Shown: piece by piece, positions 1 through 10,400 of the stretch
Numbering within the stretch: position 1 is the first letter of the stretch
Layout: each line of letters starts with the position of its first letter
Assembly: GCF_000400465.1 (NCBI RefSeq)
Contig: NW_008806288.1
Coordinates: 90,001-122,000, forward strand
Reading direction: 5' to 3'
Length of the DNA: 32,000 nucleotides
Origin: Wallemia ichthyophaga EXF-994
Taxonomy: Eukaryota > Fungi > Basidiomycota
Translations under genes and position numbers: made by a program
The notes under the pieces: model-generated
Database searches by the model: none
What the model was told of the DNA's origin: nothing
The model's input: the letters and a program-made list of their open reading frames with translations, nothing else

Positions 1-1012
1 GCCCACCACAAAGTCTAAGGATGATACCAATTACCGTCACCTACGTCTCGAGTCAGATGCGGAACCATTTTTGCTCAACGAGGAGGCGCAATCCCCGACA
101 TTACAGGCAGCTGTTCGAGAGGAGCACACAGGTGCAAGCCAGGAGTCAGAGGAGAAGCTCAATTGGTTCGATTCATTTAGGCTGAAGTTGGAACACTATC
201 AAAACAAGATGAAGGGTCCAATCGAACGTGGCGATGTGTGGAGTTATTTGATTTTGCTTCGAATCGCACCACTTCCGCCACACTGGGTTTTAAATCTTGT
301 TGCGCCACACATGGGTATCAGTTTATTCACATTCTGGGGCTCGACAGCGTTGGGTGTTGCCGGTGTTTCCACAATTCACGTTACAATCGGCAGTGGCTTA
401 GATGGTATGACTAGCTCAGATGATTTCCACTTGTTCTCCATCAAGAACTTCCTAGGATTGGGCGCAGTCGTCCTTGCTGCGTTGATTCCAATCGCAATCA
501 AGCACGCCAAGAAGAAGGATCTTGATAGCTTGGCGGGTATAGATGGCGAGCAGTTTGTTAGCCATCCAGACGACAATACCAACAGTGACTATCCACCTTC
601 TTACCACCCAACGAGGAAGAATAGCCTAGTCAAACCGCCTCACGCAGCGGCAGCCACCGCACACCCAAACAACAGGTCAAGGTCGTCTTCCCGCTCTATT
701 CTTCTCGATTCCACACCGTCTCAAGCTGATCACAAAAGAAATAACTCGACCAACTTGTCGCCTGTTCCTCCAGATGGTGTCAAAATGCAATCCTCACCAG
801 CAGCACCATCGCCGCAGTTAATTATGCTGGGAACACCTCCTCCATTGTCATCTCCGGAGCTAATCAACTTTGACCAACCTTCCACACAACAGCAAAGAAA
901 CATCTTCGCCAATTCATTCTCTGCAAACAACAGATTAAACCGCAACAACTTGAATTTCAGCGGGAAAAACAGAAAGAACAGCACTGATGAACATCCTCTC
1001 ACTCCCCTATAG
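1..1012 (+). CDS. TVP38/TMEM41-like (SNARE-associated Golgi, VTT/DedA family) membrane protein; 5' end outside window
   Basis: Frame open from base 2. Motif LILLRIAPLPPHWVLNLVAPHMG resembles the DedA/VTT LxxLRxxPxxP...xN signature, followed by a TM helix (FLGLGAVVLAALIPIAI) and a Ser/Pro/Asn-rich disordered tail. Confidence 0.75.
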   Translation, partial: PTTKSKDDTNYRHLRLESDAEPFLLNEEAQSPTLQAAVREEHTGASQESEEKLNWFDSFRLKLEHYQNKMKGPIERGDVWSYLILLRIAPLPPHWVLNLVAPHMGISLFTFWGSTALGVAGVSTIHVTIGSGLDGMTSSDDFHLFSIKNFLGLGAVVLAALIPIAIKHAKKKDLDSLAGIDGEQFVSHPDDNTNSDYPPSYHPTRKNSLVKPPHAAAATAHPNNRSRSSSRSILLDSTPSQADHKRNNSTNLSPVPPDGVKMQSSPAAPSPQLIMLGTPPPLSSPELINFDQPSTQQQRNIFANSFSANNRLNRNNLNFSGKNRKNSTDEHPLTPL

Positions 1013-1180
1013 TAAAATAGTACTTAATTCAGCTAACTTTTATCTTTCTCATTCTCATTCTAGAAGACCGAATTCTGGATAATGTACAGACACAATACAA
1101 ACAAAACAGTCAACACATGTAAAATCTTATTTACGATATGATAATGATTAACATCTTACTTTCATCGGCATTCTTGTCTA

Positions 1181-2128
1181 ATGGTTACATTGACAAAGGC
1201 TCACATCAGTGATGCTATCGAGAGCTTGATAGAAGATTATCAAGATTTTAACACGAGTTATGCGCAAGAATTTGACAGCTTTGATGAACTGCGTTCGGTC
1301 GTGCAGCACAACATACCTGCTCTTTTCAAAGGCGTTGCCAGGAATTGGGAGGCGAGGAGGAAGTGGGATGATGAGTACTTGTCAAACAGTGTACAAGGCG
1401 ACATAGAGATCGCCACCACACCTTACGGTAATGCTGATGCGCTTGTTGAAGTCGGTGATGATGTCTTCTTCGTCGAGCCGCTGAATCAACACATCTCGAT
1501 GGGCGACTTTTTGCAGAAGTTGCACAATAAAAAGGATGACGTGGTGTATCTGCAGTCTCAGAATGGCAACTTGGCGTTTGACGAGTTCGTGAAGCTTGGT
1601 CGAGATGTGCCGGCTTCTATAGCCCAGATGGAAGATATCATGGGATCGAAGCCCGATGCAGTCAATGTCTGGATGGGTGGGCCTGAGAGTGTCACAAGCT
1701 TGCACCATGACCCATACGAGAACATTTATGTTGTCGTGAGAGGTACAAAAACATTCAACCTGTTTCCGCCAACGGAAGAGTATTGCTTGGGATTTGAAAA
1801 GTATCGTCGTGGAAAATACATTCGAGACGCGTCAGGGAAGCTGATAGTAGAAGCACAAGACGAGCATGTTCCTTGGACGCCGATCGACCCATGTTTGAGC
1901 AAAGAGGAGAACATAGCGCGAGTGCCACAGTACAAACACTCGCGATGCATGACTGTCACCGTCAACGAGGGCGACGCGCTATATCTCCCAAGTGGCTGGT
2001 TTCACCACGTCTTGCAAAGCGGAGATCCTTGCATCGCGATAAATTACTGGTTCGACCAGAGCTACCAGGGCGAACAGTACAGCATGCGTCAGTTTTACAA
2101 TAGAATGATCGAGGTGCTGCACACGTAG
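1181..2128 (+). CDS. JmjC-domain Fe(II)/2-oxoglutarate oxygenase, JMJD7-like (cupin-like), intronless
   Basis: NVWMGG, TSLHHDPYENIYVVVRGTKTFNLFPP (HxD), GDALYLPSGWFHHV (distal His), IAINYWFD. Confidence 0.9.
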   Translation: MVTLTKAHISDAIESLIEDYQDFNTSYAQEFDSFDELRSVVQHNIPALFKGVARNWEARRKWDDEYLSNSVQGDIEIATTPYGNADALVEVGDDVFFVEPLNQHISMGDFLQKLHNKKDDVVYLQSQNGNLAFDEFVKLGRDVPASIAQMEDIMGSKPDAVNVWMGGPESVTSLHHDPYENIYVVVRGTKTFNLFPPTEEYCLGFEKYRRGKYIRDASGKLIVEAQDEHVPWTPIDPCLSKEENIARVPQYKHSRCMTVTVNEGDALYLPSGWFHHVLQSGDPCIAINYWFDQSYQGEQYSMRQFYNRMIEVLHT

Positions 2129-2146
2129 AATACATTTATGATACAC

Positions 2147-3325
2147 TCAGTTAATTTGCCAGCTGCGATGCTTGACGAAGACATCCCACTTGCGAGAACA
2201 CGAGTGAGGGTGGTAGATGTCGGAGTCGACCGTGCGGCATGAACACCTGTTCCAGTTCTTCTTGCCGAGCGGGCAGTGCTTGTATGGTTCGTGATTGTAG
2301 CCGATGGGCTAGATCCTGAGAATCGCATCGGAAGGAAGCAGCAGTGCAGCTGCAATTGTATGCACAGGCGCATCACCCCATCTCTGTAGATTTGTGAGTC
2401 CATGCAGAAAAGGTAAAAGATCACACACTTCATAGTAAAACCCTCCCCTTTTGTCGAGGTAATTGAAGAAGTCGTTGTATGCTTTGCTTCTAAAGAAGTT
2501 GAGGTTGCCTATGCTCGAGTGAATTGTAATTCACTGAGTTGAATCAAACCCACCTATTTCAAAGTTGGACCAGAAGTGACATCCGTTGAAAGTTTCACCT
2601 TCATTGTCGCTAATAAATCCCATCGAGTTGTTCGCAGCAATGTGTTCAGGGTAGTCCTTCATGAAATCTTTCACCGTCTCCCACAGCGTCTTAATGGTAT
2701 CAGGGAATTCTAAAATAGAAATAGTAAAGCCATATTGAGAGCCGTTCTCTTGCAAGGCGAGGAATGGATCTTGGTCAAGATCGCAGGTGTACTCTACATT
2801 AGGCTCGATTCTCCAGTAGTAATCGTAGGGCTGAAGGAGGGGATGATTGTAGAATTTACCACTGAAGAATCTGCACATGTTTCTATATGGTACAGATTCA
2901 CCATGTAGTGTTTTATCGAGGACCATCAAGTGTCTACTCGCGGCCGCTCTATCTTCGTCTATCCAGCTAGGTTGTTGCCAGTCTGATGGAGACACAAGAC
3001 CGTAGTAGGCATGTGTGGATATAATCGCAGACGTGCGCTTCTTAAACTCTTTACTGAATTTGCGCTCATTGAGGAAAACGTAATCGTAGCCTCCGGAGTC
3101 GCGGAGGTTGAATCTGTCTTCCATCTGGCGTATGGATGATAGAATTCCATAGAGATCGTCGTCTGTTGTGAGTATGACGAAGGCAGCGTTAGCTCTTCCT
3201 TTCTTGTTTGATTTTGTGGATTTGAGTGAATTGTAGACGTTACTGGAGAGTGTAGTGGTGAATAGGTATGTTGTAAAAACGAATACAACGACGCAAATCA
3301 CGATTAAGGCATTCCTCCTAATCAT
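2147..3325 (-). CDS. Alpha-1,2-mannosyltransferase, KRE2/MNT1/KTR family (GT15), with in-frame TAG at 2309-2311 (nonsense allele, read-through or error)
   Basis: N-terminal type II TM; motifs YRNMCRFFSG, YYWRIEP, CHFWSNFEIG. Removing 45-nt introns 2509-2553 and 2384-2428 gives NLNFFRSKAYNDFFNYLDKRGGFYYE-RWGDAPVHTIAAALLLPSDAILRI*PIGYNHEPYKHCP, ending at TGA 2147-2149. Confidence 0.9.
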
Positions 3326-3342
3326 GGTTCTTATTAACGATC

Positions 3343-3934
3343 ATGGTACGAGCAGCTGCGATGAAAGGTCCACGCTTACAAACTCCCGCAGGTGAAATCA
3401 AGCAAGCCAGCAAAGGATACAAAGAATCGCAGTAAGCTGTCTGACCAAGTAAAGGCGTCTATCAAGACGAATGAATACTCAAAATCGCATCAAAAGCGTA
3501 TGAAGAAGAAGGCCAAGCAGCAGCTGAATGTTAATTTGAATGATCTCGATGAGGGTTTGCACGATATTGATCAGCACACGCAACCCACACACGAAGAATC
3601 GGCAGCTGCAAATAGCGCGCAGGATAAACAGCAGCAGCAGCGTAAGAAACTCGAGGAGGCTGCCAACAAAACATCGAACAAGCCACTTACGCAGAAACAA
3701 AAGCAGAAAGCTTTGTGAGTGTTTAGTTTGTTTAAAGCTATATATCTGATATCTTAATATGACAGGCAATTAGAAACTAAGCGTCTTCCTCTAATCCTCA
3801 ATCACCCGCAATACTCAAAGGATCCATTCGGGACGCTCAAGCAGCACGCTGAGAACATGCTCAATCAGCGCGTAAATATTCCAAACAAGGACAAGAACCA
3901 GGTGAAAGACACAGACGCAATGATGCAGGATTAA
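3343..3934 (+). CDS. SLX9: Ribosome biogenesis protein SLX9-like
   Basis: ATG-only first exon, intron 3346-3391 (GTACGA..CAG), Lys/Gln-rich exon, intron 3715-3765 (GTGAGT..CAG), last exon LETKRLPLILNHPQYSKDPFGTLKQHAENML matching the SLX9/FAM207 C-terminal motif. Confidence 0.7.
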
Positions 3935-4152
3935 TTGTATTCATTCCTTTTGTATTTCTATTATTTATTCCTTCCAACTTGCGCTATCGCTTTGTTACGT
4001 TTTGAGTGAGCGAGGATCAGTGACGCAAGTTGTGGTTATATCAGCATTAGCGTAAGCCATCACCCACACGAAACGCTGCTCTATGCCTACCACCCTGCTA
4101 TTCATGCCCCTGTCTTCTTCATCTGCTACAGCCAAGGCTACCGCCAACTAAA

Positions 4153-6421
4153 ATGACGACGGTAGATGAGTTAAAGAATTATAAAAAGACGGAGCTGGTC
4201 ACTAAAGCGCGGGTACGTCTAATACACCTCACAAAGCCCATCTCATTGATCCACTGCAGGAATTGAATCTTTTATTCAAAAGCACAGACAAGAAGGCAAA
4301 GATATTCAATCTGATTGTAGATCACCTGGATGCAGTGGCTCGTGATGGCAAGCATGAGGGTAGTCAACCAGGCGACGACGAAGGCGCAAACGCAGACGCT
4401 TCAAAGTCACCCCCACATTATCAAACAGACGGTAAACGCGAGGTAGATGATGCAAAAGAACGCGATGCAAGTAAATCAATGCGAGAAATTAAATATACAG
4501 AGCCCGATGAGCAGTCTCTTACACCGTTACCTGATGCATTTGAAGCCGACAACAACAGAGGCAGAGAAGCAAGCACACGTACCACACCAATACTAGCATC
4601 TTCTACGCCTAGAAAAGGTAATCGCAACCTAGTTGTTTACATTCGACTAACGCATTTGCAGTGACAAGGGGCAGACCTAGAAAGCATAAATCATCTGGTG
4701 AGGAGTGGAGAGTAACAAAAGAATCATCAGCGCCACGTCCAACTATCCGAAGAGTGAGGTCTGTCTCAGTCTCACATGTACACCGAAATACAACCAGCCT
4801 ACCGTTTTCAAAAGGTACTCCACAAAGGAGAGATAATATTCGCAGCTCTTCCTCTGGCTACAAAACACCTGCAATACGCAAGTCCCCTCGCTCATCCCAC
4901 AATGTTCGCGACTCATTCGATGAGGCTGACCTTACGAAACCAAAGTCTACACTTTTTTCTACAGAATCCGATCATGAAGCAAACCAAGAACTAAATCAAG
5001 ATCCAAATCACAAACCAAGTTCTGAACCTGAAGCAGTGAGAGATGCGTCTGTAGAGCAACTGCAAGATGATGATGATGAGGCGGGTTCGGAGCCTGTCGC
5101 AGCATCACACATGAATCCTGAAAGTGCAGAAGACGTAGAGGTATATGAAGCGGGTGAGAAGGACAGTAATACTGATAGTGAAAGTGGAAGTGATAGTGAT
5201 AGTGATAGTGACAGTAATAATCAGGGTCGGAATCATAGTCATAATGATGATGAGGTTACTGAAACGAATCAGCAAACAGAATTACCTTTCTCACAAAGGC
5301 AACAAGAGATTGGTATCGAAAACGAACTGCCTAGATTGAACGATCCATATCCAAATTTCAGAGCACAGAGGCTTAGAATATCACTTCCCGACGAGTCCCC
5401 AGTCCCACTATCAATGTCCAAGCCGTTATCACGTAAAATCACCAGCAGTACAATATCTAACAAGATTGAAACTGAGTTGATGAGGGAAATGCAGAAAGAT
5501 CTCAACATTTCCAAGTTTAATCACGCGACATTGAAGCAAGCGCTGAGTGATACAAACGAGGAACGCAATCGGGCTGTTTCATATTTACAATTGCAGATAG
5601 ATGAGTCAAACAAGAAAACTGAAGCGCGTGACAGTGAGATACATGAATTAAAGGTAGAGGTTAACCAAATGAAGGAGAGTGTAGGGTCGATGTATGACGA
5701 AATGAAGCCATTAAAGGAGATGATAGAAAGCATGAGTAGGCAGCTACTTCAACAAGCTCAATCATCTCAACCTACTCAATTGCCTCAAACATCTCATGCT
5801 CAACCTCCAAGCTCACCAGCTTCTACCATTGCTGCGAATATTCCCCTGTTGTCGCGCGCATCTATTAATCAGCCTACACCACGCAATAAGACAATCGAAA
5901 GAGTGCAACAGCACACACAGAAGCAAGAGCTCGCCAATCCATCACCTGCACCTCGCACACTTGGCAAGCACCCACGTCCTCGCGATTCCACAGACAGCGA
6001 TATAGTGGAGACGATACGAGATAGCGGACACCACATGTATGACGAAGCAGAAGACGCTCAACCACCGAAGAAGAGATTCAGAGCAGGGTCAAATTCTTGG
6101 GGCGGTGCTCTCGGTTTCGGGGGTCGCAGAGAATCGAATGGATTAGCGCCAGCACCATTACCAGCACATACATTTGCCATGCCAATTTTTGGACCACAAT
6201 TCAATGACGCCGCACCGAGAACGCAGTCAGAGTCAGCTGGTGACGATGCAAACGAGATGGGTGAAGAAGGTGAGGCAGACGAACAGTCAGGAGGGCGGAA
6301 AGACATCAGCGCACACTCCAAGGACACTACGATTGGAAAAGACGCTCCCCCACCAACGCCACCAGCTACAAAAACGCGTTACGGGACAGAGCGAGACTAC
6401 GACAATCGCTTTGCTGATTAA
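4153..6421 (+). CDS. Orphan low-complexity protein: N-terminal HeH/SAP/Rho-N-like helical module, AT-hook-like RGRPRK, acidic/Ser tract, coiled coil
   Basis: Exon 4153-4212, intron 4213-4259 (GTACGT..CAG), exon 4260-4617, intron 4618-4661 (GTAATC, CTAAC branch, CAG), exon 4662-6421 join in frame. N-terminus MTTVDELKNYKKTELVTKARELNLLFKSTDKKAKIFNLIVDHLD. Confidence 0.7.
5170..5216 (+). repeat. Coding degenerate hexamer repeat (GATAGT)n encoding Asp-Ser run
   Basis: gatagtgaaagtggaagtgatagtgatagtgatagtgacagt, translating DSESGSDSDSDSDS. Confidence 0.8.
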
Positions 6422-6510
6422 ATTTTAGTATTTAGACATTCCTTCAATTGCCAAATTTCTTTTCTTGCTTGTATGCTATAGTTATTTGTATCATATTCTC
6501 GTTTACAGAG

Positions 6511-7315
6511 TTAAAGGGTAATGCTTGTTGCACTAGAGAGTGAGACGTATTTAGGAAACCAAGTTGCAGCCGCTGCGTAAAGCTCGAGCGGTATATAGCC
6601 AATATAGTGTGAGCTACCGAACCCTCCTATATACCAAACGCGATCAATGTCGAACCTAACAAAATAAGACTGTGTTTGGTGTGTTAGTGTTGAGCCTTTG
6701 TGATTATGGAAGAGTGAGACAAACCTGGTGAGGCACACCATGCGGTGGTAACCAGATGCTGCTGTCGGGGTGATCTAGAAGATAACAGCTTCTCAATCTC
6801 TCGCCTTCTTCCCCCAAGCCACTACTCGTATGACTATCTAAAAATGAAACATGTCCGATCAGTCCGACGCGATAATTGCTAGCCCTGGCTGAGCCATCGA
6901 GAGGCATTACTGAGATAGTAGCTCTGTGCTGCGAATCACGGATGATATTGTTGTATGATTGCGATATGGGCATACTCAGCAGTGTGAGACTCCCGTCATT
7001 GTAGCAGGATGCGTAGTACACCTCTAGCGAGAATGGGTGACCTTGAGGAAACTTAGTGGTGTTCCCTTTTCTTTCGTCAGATTTCCAGATCCCCACCTTC
7101 TAACTCATCCCCGGAAGGGAATATTGTCGAGATTGTACCGACGCCTTTCACAGATTCGACGAGATGACGCGCGAGCTGTGCTATGCGGCTGATTAGCGTG
7201 TCATTGCAATGCACTCACGCCCACACCCACCAGCCTTGTACTCGTCCTCGATCGCTATCGCACTCCCGATCAGATAGATCGTTATCGTCGTGAGAGATAG
7301 GAGATGGGCGAGCAT
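6511..7315 (-). CDS. Secreted CREG-like / pyridoxamine-phosphate-oxidase-like FMN-binding split-barrel protein
   Basis: Signal-peptide-like MLAHLLSLTTITIYLIGSAIA. Introns 7181-7230, 7042-7096 and 6670-6724 join AQLARHLV..GTISTIFP..GHPFSLEVYYA..LSMPISQSYNNI..CYLLDHPDSSIWLP..FVRFDIDRVWYIGGFG. Confidence 0.75.
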
Positions 7316-7459
7316 GCGCAACCATGCACAAGCATACACAATAAATATTTGGTACTTTAGAGGAATATAAAAACAAAATAATTTACAACAGGTACTAAAT
7401 TAATAATAAACAGTTACAGCTTAGCTTAATAGACAGCAGATGAATTGAAAGAGAACGCT

Positions 7460-10400
7460 CTACTGCTGGCCATCTTCGGCCAGCTTGCTCTGCATCTCCT
7501 CAAACTGCTTTTGAGCTTGGGCATCCTGTTCAGCCTTATGCTTAGGTTTGCGACCGCGCTTCTTCTTCTCAGGCATGATACCCTCCTTGAGTAGGTAGGC
7601 TTCATGTGCCGCAGCTGCAGCCGCGTCGTCTTCCATCTGCTTCTTAGTCCTCCTGAACCTTTTCTTGGGTTTGCCGTCGTCGCTCTGTTGAGGTGTGTTC
7701 GGGTGTGTGGAGTTGTTTGATGTCGACGGAGGAGCACTGCCGCTTGCAGTAGCAGCAGTAGCAGCTGCACCGACTGAGCCACCTCCACCGCTCTTGTCCT
7801 TGTTCGTAGAGCCAGGTGGTCTGCCTCTGCCTTGACGCGCGCCGGGTGGCTTAGGAGTGGAAGATTGTTTAGACGGCGTTGCAGGTGTGCCAGTACCAGT
7901 ACCGTTGACTGTATTGTTGGCATTACCATCATTAGAACCACCCATGTCTCCTCCAAACAAGCCATCCTCATCGTCATTCGCTCCATTGAGCAATTCTGCC
8001 GTATCGACACCTCCAACGCTACCGACACCAGCCTCATAAGGCTCGTCCTGATCTTCTTCCATCAACATTTGTATGATCTCGCGCTCGTTTGGCTGGCTCT
8101 GCTCTTTCTCGCCCACGCCTTTCTGTCCAACAACCATATCTTGAATATCCTTTTTCACTCTGGCTAGCTTCACAATACGCTCGTCGATCGTACCTTTAGT
8201 AATGAGCCTGTAGACAGTCACCTGTCTCTTTTGGCCCAGTCTGTGCGCTCTGTCCATGGCTTGCTGGTCATTCGAAGGATTCCAATCATGTTCAAAGAAA
8301 ATCACAGTATCTGCACTACATTTCTCTTGTTAGCTGCGGCACATTAAAGCAACTAAACCAAACCCACGCTGTCAAATTGATTCCTAATCCACCAGCTCTC
8401 GTAGACAGCATGAATACAAAGTATTCGTCACTGCCCTGCCAATCCTGTACCATATCCCTCCTATCGTTGATCTTGGAGCTACCATCCAAACGCAAATATT
8501 TGTATCCCTTATAAATCAGGTACTCCTGTATCAGGTCGATCATTTTGGTCATCTGGAAGTAAATGAGAACGCGATGGCCGCCTGCTTTCAGTTTAGGTAG
8601 TAGATCATCGAGCGCCACCAACTTGGAAGAGTCTATAATCAGTTTGTTCGGTTCTGGTACTGCCATTGTCGATGGTGGAAGTTGCATCCTATCGCTGTTC
8701 TCGACCAGTCCTTGTGGGGGTATGTGTGGCGGCAGCACCTCTATTGCTTCGGTGTTCTCTTTAAGACGGGGCGTCTGCAGACCAAAAAACGTCTTGGTGA
8801 TTTCATTGTCTTCTCTTGCGCGCCACTGTATGCGGTCGAGCGAGGGTCTATGCAAGATATCAGGATACGGGGCAGGTGCTAATACCCTCTTTATTCCTGA
8901 CATGTACTTGGATGAACGGCGCAAGAGTACAGACTCAGCAATGGCATTGAGTGCTACCTCGTTCAATGCTGGTAATGGTGCGCTACTGTATTCTTCTATT
9001 GCAGCTTTGTGAGGGAACGGACGAATAATGTTGAGTGTCTTATTCAATGCAGAAGAAATCAAGTCGTTATCACTTGAAGATATGTGTTAACGTAGTCACG
9101 ACAAATTACTTAACACTCACTCATTGTATCCTTCATGTTCAGATTGTGCCATGTTCTCCTCAAATGCCATTAACATCCTCGTGAACTCATCTGACGAAAA
9201 CAACTGGCTAGCCTGCTCCGCGCTGACGCCGATCTGTGGTAAGAAGGCGAACGGGCTTTCTTTACCCTGACTTATTGACTTGGTTATATAATCAGGTGTC
9301 CAAATATTGAACATCTGCTCCAATGTCCTACTTCCAAATTTAGATCTACCAGTCGGTCTACCAACGGCACCACCAATGTCTTTATCGTCGGCAATCAACC
9401 GCGGCAGTTGCAGTCTGACTGTGCTCTCAAACTGATCAGGTATGTAGTGAACATCAGGATCTCTCGTCGATCTATTCCGTGACCATCTCGACATAACAAA
9501 AGGACTCTTCACATCAGCCCTCTCAAAGAGGTCTGGGTGGTTGCAAACCTTTCTGAACTGCATAACCAAGTTCATAAGACCGCGCTTTCCTTCATCGCTC
9601 CCCTTGTTAGCTTTGTCTATTAGAGAAGTGATGGAAATCCTGCTCCTTAGTAACCTATACAACGAGCGTTGTCTCTGCGATAAATGACAATGTACGTCGA
9701 TCTCAATCTTGTCACCGAGCTCATTTTGAACATTCTTTTTAACTCTGCGCAACATGAATGGCTTCAGTATCATATGCAATCTCTTTAACTGCTTGTCGTT
9801 GATTGCACCCTTGTTCTCCGCATTCGATTCTATATCTTTAGAAAACCACTCTGCGAATTCGTCATGCGAGTCAAATAACGAAGGCATGATAAAGTGAAGA
9901 AGTGCCCATAACTCTTGCATGGAATTCTGGACTGGTGTACCTGTAAGCAAGAGTCTATTGCGACATTTGAAAGATAGAAGCGTATTCCATCTCGCTGATT
10001 GTGATGACTTGATAGCCTGCGCTTCATCTAAGATCATGTACTGCCACTTCACATTCTTAAAGTACTTTTCATCAGACAAAACCAACTGGTACGATGTGAT
10101 GAGGACATGAAAAGGTGCGTCTTTTGTATATGTTATAGCCTTCCTTTGCCAAAACTTTCTTAGCGCAGCTCTATCCTTCGTCGAACCCCAGTATGGAAGT
10201 GGTTTGAGAGATGGTACAAACCTACTAATCTCCTGCTGCCAATTATGCAATGTAGATGCCGGAGTAATGATAAGGAATGGACCCCAAATATCATGCTTTT
10301 CTGCCAAGTAAGCCATCAGAGATATCGATTGAACAGTTTTACCCAATCCCATCTCATCTGCAAGTATACCGTTGATTCCCTGCTCATAAAGGTTGGCCAG

